From: a virus
Lineage: Duplodnaviria > Caudoviricetes
IMG/VR virus record: IMGVR_UViG_3300025018_000268
Coordinates: 1-40,377 of that record
DNA length: 40,377 nt
Direction: 5' to 3' (one strand)
The notes under the pieces were generated by a model, which was given only the letters and a program-made list of their open reading frames with translations, had not been told where the DNA came from and searched no databases. How positions within the stretch are numbered: position 1 is the stretch's first letter; each line of letters starts with the position of its first letter. A program made the translations under genes and the position numbers. Of this stretch, positions 10,179 through 18,086 are shown one piece after another.

Positions 10179-10207
10179 TTGACAAGGGATAAGGCTTATG
10201 TTATACT
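10179..10207 (+). promoter_or_regulatory. Sigma70-type promoter
   Basis: TTGACA-17-TATACT with extended TG. Confidence 0.75.
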
Positions 10208-10250
10208 TCTTGTATATGATGCACAAGAAGTATAAATTAATTTTGGAGGG

Positions 10251-10517
10251 ATGATGAAAAACATTATATTAGAAGGCCAGAGTGAGAGGATATCAATAGG
10301 TGAATTGCTTGATATCTTGATGGATGGGCATGTTATTATTTGTGATGGAATCACTTATAGCATGAAGAAACATAAAATGAATTACACAGAGGAAATAAAT
10401 TATAAATTCTGTATTTTTGAATGCGCAGGAATACAATATTTTCATAGTATATCTTTGGATTCTTTCATCAAGATGTTTTCTAATAGCACTGTGAGGGTGG
10501 TATGCAAGAAGGATTAG
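10251..10517 (+). CDS. Hypothetical protein inserted between gp44 and gp62
   Basis: GGAGG RBS and its own promoter. Confidence 0.65.
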   Translation: MMKNIILEGQSERISIGELLDILMDGHVIICDGITYSMKKHKMNYTEEINYKFCIFECAGIQYFHSISLDSFIKMFSNSTVRVVCKKD

Positions 10518-10519
10518 GG

Positions 10520-10897
10520 ATGTTTGATTACATTAAAATGATCACCACGACAAAGGAGATGCCTGAGTTTGATGACCATTTTGAAAAAACATATAATCCT
10601 TTCATGACAAACAGAGCTTTATCATTGTTCGGAGATAATTCAGTGGTAATAGCTAATGCTGTTAATAAGAATTATGGAATGTCCAAGAAGAATCATTTCT
10701 TGTTCCTGCATTCTATGGTGAGAAAGGGTAAACGTAAAAATAGCAAATGGCCTAAATTCATAAAGGAGGATAAAATATCTTTCATTATGGAGGAGTATAA
10801 TTACTCTTACAAGAGAGCAAAAGAAGCAAGCGTGTTGATTTCAGATGAACAACTATTAGAAATGCGAAAATCTAAACAACAAGGCGGAGTATTCTAA
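10520..10897 (+). CDS. gp62: Clamp loader small subunit gp62
   Basis: MFDYI, YNPFMTNRALS, RKGKR..KW, YNYSYKRAKEA; synteny with gp44 and regA. Confidence 0.9.
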   Translation: MFDYIKMITTTKEMPEFDDHFEKTYNPFMTNRALSLFGDNSVVIANAVNKNYGMSKKNHFLFLHSMVRKGKRKNSKWPKFIKEDKISFIMEEYNYSYKRAKEASVLISDEQLLEMRKSKQQGGVF

Positions 10898-10906
10898 CAA
10901 TTAAGG

Positions 10907-11347
10907 ATGATTACTATGAATAATAAAATTAGTGTTACAATTGATGAATGGTATGCAAACATGTCCAAAGAGATTCGGCTTCCTACTAATGATGATTTCT
11001 TGAAAATCAAGGAAACTCTTACAAGGATCGGCATCGGTACTAACAAAGAAGGCCGTAATAAGCTGTATCAGACCTGCCATATCCTCCAGAAGCGCGGTAA
11101 ATATTACATTGTCCATTTCAAAGAGCTTTTGCTACTTGATGGTAAGGAAGTTGATATCACTGATTCTGACTTTAAACGGCGTAATGCTATTATTGGATTT
11201 CTCGAGGAGTGGGGATTAGTAGAACAAGTTAAACCGCCTATTGCTGATGAGGATAAAGCTAAGTCTTCTTCAATTAAAATTATCCCATTCTCTGAAAAAG
11301 GAAATTGGGATTTAGTACCTAAATATACTATAGGGTCTAAATCATGA
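10907..11347 (+). CDS. regA: Translational repressor RegA
   Basis: DDFLKIKETLTRIGI, LYQTCHILQKRGKYYIVHFKEL, WDLVPKYTIG. Confidence 0.97.
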   Translation: MITMNNKISVTIDEWYANMSKEIRLPTNDDFLKIKETLTRIGIGTNKEGRNKLYQTCHILQKRGKYYIVHFKELLLLDGKEVDITDSDFKRRNAIIGFLEEWGLVEQVKPPIADEDKAKSSSIKIIPFSEKGNWDLVPKYTIGSKS

Positions 11348-11889
11348 TTGCATTAAAATTTTATGACATGACAGGCGAGGCTAATACTTCATTTCTCCCT
11401 GAGGTCAAGACTGCACAATCTGCTTGTGCTGATGTGAAAGCTAGGTTTCATTCAGCTGGTGTTACTTTTTTTGATGATATGAATGTAAAAAGAACAGGAA
11501 ACGTTTATTTTAATTCTGATGATAGGAGATTTTTTACTTTGTATCCTAGGGAGAGGGCTTGTATCCCAACAGGTTGGCGAGTAATTATACCTCATGGATA
11601 TCAAATGAAATTGGTTCCTCGATCTGGCCTTGCTCTTAAATTTGGCATTACCTTGATCAATACTCCAGGGACGATTGATTCGGATTATACTGATGAATTG
11701 ATGGTTATATTATATAATACATCAAGACAACCTTATGTAATCACTGAGGGCGATTCTATAGCACAAATGGAGATTGTTCCTAACAATATGTCCAATGTAG
11801 AATTTTATGTAATTGCTGATATTCTTGAAGTGAGAGCACATAAAAGCACTTCAAATAGAGAAGGTGGCTTCGGCAGTACAGGAAAATAA
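11344..11889 (+). CDS. dut: Trimeric dUTPase
   Basis: SACAD, PRSGLA, PGTIDSDY, IAQM, REGGFGSTG. Confidence 0.95.
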   Translation: MIALKFYDMTGEANTSFLPEVKTAQSACADVKARFHSAGVTFFDDMNVKRTGNVYFNSDDRRFFTLYPRERACIPTGWRVIIPHGYQMKLVPRSGLALKFGITLINTPGTIDSDYTDELMVILYNTSRQPYVITEGDSIAQMEIVPNNMSNVEFYVIADILEVRAHKSTSNREGGFGSTGK

Positions 11890-11892
11890 TAC

Positions 11893-11973
11893 TTGACAAA
11901 CCCTAAAAACAATTGTATAATGTGTTTATACAATTGTTTATAAGATTGTATAATGTGTTTATACAATTGTTTA
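11893..11973 (+). promoter_or_regulatory. Promoter with palindromic, duplicated operator-like element
   Basis: TTGACA 11893 / TATAAT 11916. Perfect 14-bp inverted repeat 11907-11939. Exact 29-nt direct repeat at 11912 and 11945. Confidence 0.75.
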
Positions 11974-12001
11974 ATAGTTATATAAAATTTGAGGAGTTAT
12001 T

Positions 12002-12352
12002 ATGAGAATGTGGATGGTAGAACCTGAGATTTTATGCAGGAAACATCTTCTTGGCGAACATGTGGAGACTCATATGTTTAAGGGAAGTATACAGAGAAAA
12101 AAGAATATCAATGGGTTCATCAATAATAATTTGCTTGAACCCATGAGTTTATTAGATCGTCATGAGCAATTGAAACAAGAGATGATAAACAGAGGCTATA
12201 ATCACAATTCGCCTCTGGTTGATGATTATGATCTTGAATATTTGCCTGATTCTGTGTTGTATTATGAAATTGATAAGGAATCAGCTTTAAAGGATTTAAT
12301 TAAAAGATGTCCTGAGTGTAATAAAAATTATATAGAGAGAAATTCAATATGA
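12002..12352 (+). CDS. denV: Pyrimidine-dimer DNA glycosylase / endonuclease V-like
   Basis: MRMWMVEPEILCRKHLLGEHVE.H and RHEQLKQEMINRGYNHNSPL are typical of this family. Confidence 0.78.
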   Translation: MRMWMVEPEILCRKHLLGEHVETHMFKGSIQRKKNINGFINNNLLEPMSLLDRHEQLKQEMINRGYNHNSPLVDDYDLEYLPDSVLYYEIDKESALKDLIKRCPECNKNYIERNSI

Positions 12353-13473
12353 AAGAAATTATTTTACCACATAAATGTAATTTTCAATTGAATATGTTTG
12401 AAACTGATGCATCCAAAGCCAAGTGCATCATTTGTGGAAAAGGCATTATGGATGATTATGTCCCTGAGCCTCCATCTGAAATCAAACCATTGGAATTTAA
12501 GCGGTACCGAAGTATTCATGACACTGGCTCCCAAAAAGTAATCAATAAAGCATATGAAGAAGGTCTTGATGCCTATTCATGGGTTGCTACAAATAAATAC
12601 CATGGGACAAATTTTTCATTGCTAGCTGATTCCGAAAAGATCCTTGCCTGCTCAAGAAATCAAATTATACCTGAAGGTGAATCACATTTCGGCCATGAAG
12701 TAATGCTGCTTCATCTTAACAAAATAATCAAGGCGATGCAGTCTTATTTTGGTAAGAATATTCAAGTATTCTTTGAGTTGTTTGGTGGATCTTATCCTCA
12801 TCCAGACGTGTCTGTATTGAAAAATTTTTCAAGAGTAGCTAAGGGTGTTTATTACTGTCCATGGATCGACATTAGAGTAATTGATATTAAGGTTGAAGGA
12901 AAATATCTCGATTACGATGAGATGGTTGAAATAGCACTCAGGCACTCTTTGGCAGTAGCGGCATTGATAGCTCGTGGAACATTAGATGAGATGCTTGCAT
13001 TGGATCCAAACTTCGAAGACGAGACATATAAGCATTATAATCTCCCAAAGATTGAAGGCAATATTTCTGAAGGTCTTGTTATAAGACCGACTAAGGATTT
13101 ATATTTCAAGAACGGCGAAAGGGTTATGCTCAAGAAAAAGAGTGAATCTTTTAAAGCTAAGAAAAGAGAGCCTAAAGCCAAGCAACCTGATATTGAACTT
13201 TCTGCTGAAGCTAATGAGATATTCAATGAACTTTCTTCTTATGTAACTGAGGCTAGATTTGATAGTATCATTTCACATGGCGGAAAGTATACCGCAAAGG
13301 ACTTCGGAAAGCTTGTAGGTTTAATGATGTCTGATATTATGGAAGAGGTTGACTTAGGTGATTCTTTTGATTCAATTACTAAGGCAGAAAAGAAGCACAT
13401 AAACCAGCTTTTAATGAAGGAGATTGGTGTCTGTATAAGACCTCTCTTTATAAATTTGGTTTCGGAATTCTAA
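12349..13473 (+). CDS. rnl2: RNA ligase 2 (Rnl2 family)
   Basis: Motif I KYHGTNFS, SRN, FELFGG, EGLVIRP, LKKKSESF, Rnl2-type C-terminal helical domain. Confidence 0.88.
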   Translation: MKEIILPHKCNFQLNMFETDASKAKCIICGKGIMDDYVPEPPSEIKPLEFKRYRSIHDTGSQKVINKAYEEGLDAYSWVATNKYHGTNFSLLADSEKILACSRNQIIPEGESHFGHEVMLLHLNKIIKAMQSYFGKNIQVFFELFGGSYPHPDVSVLKNFSRVAKGVYYCPWIDIRVIDIKVEGKYLDYDEMVEIALRHSLAVAALIARGTLDEMLALDPNFEDETYKHYNLPKIEGNISEGLVIRPTKDLYFKNGERVMLKKKSESFKAKKREPKAKQPDIELSAEANEIFNELSSYVTEARFDSIISHGGKYTAKDFGKLVGLMMSDIMEEVDLGDSFDSITKAEKKHINQLLMKEIGVCIRPLFINLVSEF

Positions 13474-13493
13474 TATGCACACGAAGTATATAT

Positions 13494-13979
13494 TTGATAT
13501 ATCCAAAGTGGTGTATCCTAAACCGTATGAGGAAAATATTTGGTGAATGTATGATACAATCAGGCAGAACAACAAGAATGATACTGAAGGCTTTACTTTG
13601 GTCTATGGAACATGGACCCGGAATGACTATAGTGGTTGCGGTTAATTATGATCATGCCTCGCTTCTTATGCGCAAGATGACTGATTTGATTTATGCTATG
13701 TTTAATATGGATTCTGGCATTTTCAAGATACATAGATCGGACAAATACATAGTGCTTGGTGAGAAGAAAATTCATTTTGTTTCAGGTTATGATAAAGTGG
13801 ATTGGCTTTTACTTGGTAATCATGCTCCTTTCAGAATTTTCGAGGATCATTACTTTACTGCCTCACAGGGTATGAACAGACCTTTAAGATACAATAATTT
13901 GGCAAAAACAAAAATACTAGCAAAAAAACCTTTGACATTCTTCCAAAAATGTGTTAATATATTTAAAATGAATGAGTAA
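13494..13979 (+). CDS. Hypothetical protein (start uncertain, possibly ATG 13551)
   Basis: ORF in operon orientation; QSGRTT resembles a degenerate P-loop. Confidence 0.5.
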   Translation: MIYPKWCILNRMRKIFGECMIQSGRTTRMILKALLWSMEHGPGMTIVVAVNYDHASLLMRKMTDLIYAMFNMDSGIFKIHRSDKYIVLGEKKIHFVSGYDKVDWLLLGNHAPFRIFEDHYFTASQGMNRPLRYNNLAKTKILAKKPLTFFQKCVNIFKMNE

Positions 13980-14005
13980 ATATATCATGTAAAAGGAGCT
14001 TAGCT

Positions 14006-14176
14006 ATGAAAAAACCAGAATTGAAACAATACAACAATCTAAATGATGTGGAAAAGAACATCATACGAGAATACAAATCCTGGAAACAATCCGAATCTCC
14101 TGCGGCGTACAAAATATCTATGATGGATTATTGGAGAAAGCGAGCAAGAACAGCAGGCATTGAACATATTCTATAG
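14006..14176 (+). CDS. Small hypothetical protein (56 aa)
   Basis: AAGGAG RBS; upstream TTGACA 13932 / TAATAT 13955; reads MKKPELKQYNN...IEHIL*. Confidence 0.65.
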   Translation: MKKPELKQYNNLNDVEKNIIREYKSWKQSESPAAYKISMMDYWRKRARTAGIEHIL

Positions 14177-14359
14177 AAGAATATTATGGTACCATTATGA
14201 GCATAGGCCTGATATTGATCGTATCTGTGGTCTTCTTTTTGAGTCCAATGGAAATGCATTATGATTTGTCTGAAAGTATTGTAGCTGATCCTAAAGCAGA
14301 AAATAAATTGCTGAGGATCCAATCGATCCTCAGTGAAGGGTAATATATTATCTACCTTG

Positions 14360-14367
14360 TATAAATA
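14360..14367 (+). promoter_or_regulatory. T4-type late promoter
   Basis: TATAAATA, upstream of the first cluster of capsid-targeted ORFs and tRNAs. Confidence 0.65.
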
Positions 14368-14368
14368 A

Positions 14369-14539
14369 ATGAAAGAAAACATTGTATTCATACAGACAAG
14401 ATTTATTTGTAAAAAATGTAAATCTGAGTTGACTTATAAGCCAAGATTTGGTGATTACTACTCTTGCGAAAAATGCGACTGCTGGACTGCTGAAATAGAA
14501 ATAAAAGAAAAATCATATTTTGATAAAAAACAATGTTGA
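14369..14539 (+). CDS. Small zinc-ribbon protein (56 aa)
   Basis: CKKC...CEKC; weak RBS. Confidence 0.45.
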   Translation: MKENIVFIQTRFICKKCKSELTYKPRFGDYYSCEKCDCWTAEIEIKEKSYFDKKQC

Positions 14540-14564
14540 CAAAATTCATATTTCATGTTATTAT
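14536..14564 (+). promoter_or_regulatory. Sigma70-type promoter
   Basis: TTGACA-17-TATTAT with extended TG. Confidence 0.65.
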
Positions 14565-14598
14565 GTTGTTATAACAATGAAACAAAGGAAAACAAAAA

Positions 14599-14934
14599 AT
14601 GAAAAAATTTCAAGAATTCGTGTTGTCTGAAAAAGTGTCCAAATTTGATCCTAATACTGTTTATAAATTGACATCTAAAGTGGATGCAGAGGGTAAAACA
14701 ATTCCTTCTAGGTTTGATTTAAATGCTCCTCTTATGTTTCATGCTAATAAAGGAACTTCCGTTGATTCAGGACTCAAGAAAATCCCAGGCGGTATGTTTG
14801 AATTCATGAAGATAGAAGGTTCTGCTGCGGTTCCCTCTGGTAAAGTTGTAATGCTTACTGCTGGTCAAGTAAAGGACACAGGGAAGAAATTCACCAAAAT
14901 CACTGGAAACACCAAGAAATACGAAATATCATAA
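14599..14934 (+). CDS. Putative internal head protein with capsid-targeting sequence
   Basis: N-terminus MKKFQEFVLSE resembles T4 IPII/IPIII MKTYQEFIAE; Lys-rich body. Confidence 0.72.
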   Translation: MKKFQEFVLSEKVSKFDPNTVYKLTSKVDAEGKTIPSRFDLNAPLMFHANKGTSVDSGLKKIPGGMFEFMKIEGSAAVPSGKVVMLTAGQVKDTGKKFTKITGNTKKYEIS

Positions 14935-14940
14935 TATATT

Positions 14941-15016
14941 GCCGGTATAACTCAATTGGAAGAGTTCCTGATTTGTACTCAGGATGTTGCGGGTTCAAAT
15001 CCTGCTACCGGCTCCA
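14941..15016 (+). tRNA. tRNA-Thr(TGT)
   Basis: Acceptor GCCGGTA/TACCGGC, anticodon arm CCTGA-TTTGTAC-TCAGG, GTTCAAATC, encoded CCA. Confidence 0.93.
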
Positions 15017-15037
15017 ATTATTATTAAAGAGAAACAA

Positions 15038-15295
15038 ATGAAAACATTTTCCGAATTTGGTGCTATTAAAGGCTCAGTGATTGACAGATTAGAAAAATTT
15101 CTTGGTCATCAGCTTAAGCCTGGCATGACAAAAATTGCAGGCTTTCAGGTCAAACTCATTGATGAACATGAACACGGAGATTGGCTTGAATTTGAATTCA
15201 TCAACCAGAAAGATAGAAAGCCTTTTTCTGCTGCTATGAAGAAAGCAGGATTTAAGCTCAAGGCAGTAGGACAGGATGGAATTATTATCTCTTAA
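15038..15295 (+). CDS. Putative internal head protein with capsid-targeting sequence
   Basis: True start ATG 15038 (the track start lies inside the tRNA). MKTFSEF resembles T4 IPI MKTFKEF. Confidence 0.7.
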   Translation: MKTFSEFGAIKGSVIDRLEKFLGHQLKPGMTKIAGFQVKLIDEHEHGDWLEFEFINQKDRKPFSAAMKKAGFKLKAVGQDGIIIS

Positions 15296-15303
15296 AATGA
15301 ATG

Positions 15304-15376
15304 CGCGGGTTCAAGCAGGGCTTGCTCAGGCCTCATAAGCCAGATGCGCTAGGATCGTTACCTAGACCCGCAACCA
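15304..15376 (+). tRNA. tRNA-Met(CAT), atypical initiator-like
   Basis: Acceptor CGCGGGT/ACCCGCA with C1xA72 mismatch, loop CTCATAA, T arm CTAGG-ATCGTTA-CCTAG, CCA end. Confidence 0.75.
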
Positions 15377-15383
15377 AATAAAT

Positions 15384-15433
15384 ACCAACAAGATAAAGTC
15401 ACAGTAATGGTTCATATCCATCTGCTGGTACCA
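15384..15433 (+). ncRNA. tRNA-like minihelix (acceptor plus T arm only)
   Basis: ACCAACA/TGCTGGT-A-CCA and ATGG-TTCATAT-CCAT joined by only about 15 nt. Confidence 0.5.
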
Positions 15434-15454
15434 AATTATAATATAAGGAATTAA

Positions 15455-15649
15455 ATGAAAACATTTAAGACAATTGTATCTGAGTCAAGCTCAGTTCTTC
15501 CTCAGGATATGAAAGAATTTTTTGAGAAACAACTAAAAGCAAAGATACGACAAACAGGCACAGACCCTAAAGATAAGGATGCTGTTACAAAACTCATGAA
15601 AGCAAATATTGAGAGTTGGGCAAAGCTCTGGTTGCATCTAGGTAATTAA
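15455..15649 (+). CDS. Putative internal head protein (paralog of 16577-16729)
   Basis: MKTFKTIVSE tag, then KEFFEKQLK...DPKDKDAV...WAKLWLHLGN. Confidence 0.75.
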   Translation: MKTFKTIVSESSSVLPQDMKEFFEKQLKAKIRQTGTDPKDKDAVTKLMKANIESWAKLWLHLGN

Positions 15650-15666
15650 ATATAATAAGGAATTAA

Positions 15667-16011
15667 ATGAAAACATTTAAGACAATAGTAAAAGAATCAG
15701 TAAATGAAGCTAAGGATGCCTACAAAGTGTATCATGATACATATACTTCCGCCATTCAGGAGGTAGAAAAATTTGTCAAGAGCAAAAAATACATGCTTGA
15801 TAAAGAAGAGATGGCTTCTGAGGTAGGTATGGGCCCCGCAAAGCCTGGAGCAGGAAAAACAAATCGATTTACCCTTCCTTTGTATAAAGAGAAATCAGGT
15901 CAGCAAGAGCCTGTAAAACAGAAGAAAGCAGTTCATTTCCAGATTTACGGCAGGGGCAATACAAAAGACCTGGGTGCTAAGTCCTACGAGTTAAATGTTT
16001 ACATAAGCTAA
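15667..16011 (+). CDS. Putative internal head protein with capsid-targeting sequence
   Basis: MKTFKTIVKESVNEA; RBS and tag DNA identical to that of 15455 over 32 nt. Confidence 0.75.
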   Translation: MKTFKTIVKESVNEAKDAYKVYHDTYTSAIQEVEKFVKSKKYMLDKEEMASEVGMGPAKPGAGKTNRFTLPLYKEKSGQQEPVKQKKAVHFQIYGRGNTKDLGAKSYELNVYIS

Positions 16012-16022
16012 GGAATAAATAT

Positions 16023-16160
16023 ATAAAAAATTTTTAAGAATTTGTTAAAGAAGAAGCAAAGCCTAAAAAGAAACTTTGGACGATGAAGTCTTTAAAATCC
16101 AAACATAAAGATGATAAATCGAAAATAGGCAAAAAAGATAACCTTTGCGTGCCAAAGTAA
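16023..16160 (+). pseudogene. Decayed capsid-targeted internal-protein gene
   Basis: AGGA RBS then ATA AAA AAT TTT TAA GAA TTT GTT AAA GAA GAA GCA = (I)KNF*EFVKEEA; start lost and early nonsense codon. Confidence 0.55.
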
Positions 16161-16359
16161 GCTAGAGGATTTTTCTGGATGTATTAATAAAAGTAAATAA
16201 AATATTCAAATCTATAAAAGTGTAATAAAAATGAACGTCCGAATTAATCTCTATAATCTAAAGCTAATTAATGATGCGAAACCTGCGTCATATCCTGGCC
16301 ATAGATTTAATAATGGAGAAAGACTACTCAAATAGATTGAGAATATATACGGGAATTTT

Positions 16360-16400
16360 AAGCCTCGTGGATCTTCTTGATCCACGAGGCTTTCCTTGTT
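16360..16400 (+). terminator. Rho-independent terminator-like hairpin
   Basis: 14-bp stem AAGCCTCGTGGATC/GATCCACGAGGCTT, 5-nt loop, T-rich tail. Confidence 0.7.
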
Positions 16401-16403
16401 TGT

Positions 16404-16476
16404 GTGTAGCTAGCTTAATTGGCAAAGCTCAAGGTCCACGACCTTGCAGATTCAGGTTTGAGCCCTGAACCACACC
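16404..16476 (+). tRNA. Degenerate tRNA (nominal anticodon CAC, Val)
   Basis: D arm GCTT..AAGC, CAAGG-TCCACGA-CCTTG, TCAGG-TTTGAGC-CCTGA; two acceptor mismatches, C33, no CCA. Confidence 0.55.
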
Positions 16477-16502
16477 CTATGAAAAATAAATGAAAAAAGT
16501 GC

Positions 16503-16531
16503 TTGCAATTTGTTTTTAGTCATGTTATAAT
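16503..16531 (+). promoter_or_regulatory. Sigma70-type early promoter
   Basis: TTGCAA-17-TATAAT with extended TG; leader resembles the cassette. Confidence 0.7.
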
Positions 16532-16576
16532 ATCTTTATAAGAATGAGAGATAAACAATACATCATAAGGAACAAA

Positions 16577-16729
16577 ATGGACGCATATACGAAAGAATTT
16601 TTTGCAAAGCAATTGAAAATGAAATGCAGAATACTTGGTGTTGACCTTAAGGACAAGAAAGCAGTTGTTGAGGTCATGAATGAGTATAAAGTCGAGTGGT
16701 CTAAAATATTTCTTGCATTGGGGAATTAA
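16577..16729 (+). CDS. Untagged paralog of 15455-15649
   Basis: MDAYTKEFFAKQLK...DLKDKKAV...WSKIFLALGN; AAGGA RBS favours ATG 16577. Confidence 0.72.
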   Translation: MDAYTKEFFAKQLKMKCRILGVDLKDKKAVVEVMNEYKVEWSKIFLALGN

Positions 16730-16731
16730 TT

Positions 16732-16887
16732 ATGAAATTAGAAACTAAAGCAGATTGGCAGAGAAAGGCTAGAGGAAGAAATCAGGATGGGTATGAGATT
16801 TATCTTGATTGTGCTAACGACGGAAAAGGCATCGATATTACGACTGGGAAGCCTTTGCTGTCATATGATGAATGGATGAACAAATAG
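16732..16887 (+). CDS. Small hypothetical protein (51 aa)
   Basis: MKLETKADWQRKARG...LSYDEWMNK*; directly follows the previous ORF. Confidence 0.6.
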   Translation: MKLETKADWQRKARGRNQDGYEIYLDCANDGKGIDITTGKPLLSYDEWMNK

Positions 16888-16898
16888 GATTCACATAT

Positions 16899-17042
16899 AT
16901 GGACAATTTTGATTGTTATAATGATGACCGGGTATGTGGCAATTGTATGCATTCATGGTGTGATGAAGAATGTACCTTGGATGGCAATGAAATCTATCCA
17001 GATACTGAAGGATGTATTGATCATCAATTTATTGATGAATGA
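16899..17042 (+). CDS. Small acidic Cys-rich protein (47 aa)
   Basis: MDNFDCYNDDRVCGNCMH...GCIDHQFIDE*. Confidence 0.55.
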   Translation: MDNFDCYNDDRVCGNCMHSWCDEECTLDGNEIYPDTEGCIDHQFIDE

Positions 17043-17052
17043 AAAATAGTTG

Positions 17053-17126
17053 TTGACAAGACCTCAGAATCATGTTATACTCTTTATATAAGATTTATTG
17101 AGAAACAAAATTCTGAGGAGATCAAA
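17053..17126 (+). promoter_or_regulatory. Repeated early promoter/leader/RBS cassette
   Basis: TTGACA-N14-TGTTATACTCTTTATATAAGAT...TTCTGAGGAG. Confidence 0.85.
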
Positions 17127-17285
17127 ATGCCTGATTATGCTGAATGTCAACATTGTGAAAATGAATTTGAATTTGATTTCTCTGAGGTAGAGGAAAGAGA
17201 GGATATGGATTATGAAGGTAGATGGTTTGTGTATTATGTTGTTGTCTGCCCTCATTGTCAAGAATATACGAGAACTGATTGGTAA
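17127..17285 (+). CDS. Small acidic zinc-ribbon protein (52 aa)
   Basis: CQHC...CPHC; GAGGAG RBS from the cassette. Confidence 0.7.
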   Translation: MPDYAECQHCENEFEFDFSEVEEREDMDYEGRWFVYYVVVCPHCQEYTRTDW

Positions 17286-17291
17286 TAAAAT

Positions 17292-17366
17292 GGCGCTGTA
17301 GTATAACGGTAGTGCAGCACTTTGTCAGAGTGTTAGGTGCGGATTCGATTTCCGTCAGCGTCGCCA
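17292..17366 (+). tRNA. tRNA-Asp(GTC)
   Basis: GGCGCTG/CAGCGTC, GCACT-TTGTCAG-AGTGT, G73, CCA. Confidence 0.88.
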
Positions 17367-17456
17367 AAAAATAAATACAATTAGTAAATAATTTGTTTTC
17401 AGGTGTATTATAATGATTGAGAAGTTCTAAACAATGAAATTTTGAAGGAGAGTTAA

Positions 17457-18086
17457 ATGAAAGTTGCAGCTAGAAAATTAGAATTACAAAAAATGGCTGA
17501 TTGTGCATCATTAGAGGAAATGTCGTATATGCTATTTTATGCAGCAGGTAAGCGTGGTGTAAAAAACCCATTGGATAAGAGTAAGCTCATTGAAATAATT
17601 TTTGCTGAATTGCTCGGACATGATTTATTCGTAAATGCATCAGGTGGAAAAAATAATTTAGACACCTATGGAGCAGATGCAAAGGATAAAAATGGAATAA
17701 AAGTTGAATATAAATCAAAAACTCTGACAGAACCTCAATATAATGCATGGGTGAATAAAAAATATAAAACTACAGCTTCAATGGTTTATAATGGCGCTTT
17801 TAGTGATGAAAATATATATAAGTATAAAAGTATAAGGCATATACTTTGTTTGCATTATCAGGGTACGCCAGTTGCTGCTATTGAAGTTAATGAGAATTTT
17901 ATCTTATCCACTTTAGAATACAACCTCGAGGAGAGAAAGAAAAAACTTCAATTACCTGGAGCAAAACCAAAAACAACAAATGCCAGTACAGTTTATATAA
18001 AGTTTTCTGCAAATACGCCAACAGAAGGAAAAATCATATATGATTCAAATGTTAGATTGCCTGGAGTATCTCAGTTCTATAAATGA
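17457..18086 (+). CDS. Putative type II restriction endonuclease (PD-(D/E)xK)
   Basis: E...GADAKD...VEYKS active-site pattern; overlaps a DNA methyltransferase gene. Confidence 0.65.
   Translation: MKVAARKLELQKMADCASLEEMSYMLFYAAGKRGVKNPLDKSKLIEIIFAELLGHDLFVNASGGKNNLDTYGADAKDKNGIKVEYKSKTLTEPQYNAWVNKKYKTTASMVYNGAFSDENIYKYKSIRHILCLHYQGTPVAAIEVNENFILSTLEYNLEERKKKLQLPGAKPKTTNASTVYIKFSANTPTEGKIIYDSNVRLPGVSQFYK

Noticed and set aside
11912-11973. 29-nt direct repeat considered as a mini-CRISPR
   Set aside because: Only two copies separated by 4 nt, overlapping a promoter.
14311-14333. 9-bp hairpin CTGAGGATC/GATCCTCAG
   Set aside because: No U tract and no further structure, so no function can be assigned.
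16271-16468. 65-aa plus-strand ORF
   Set aside because: It runs through a terminator hairpin and a tRNA-like gene and has no RBS.
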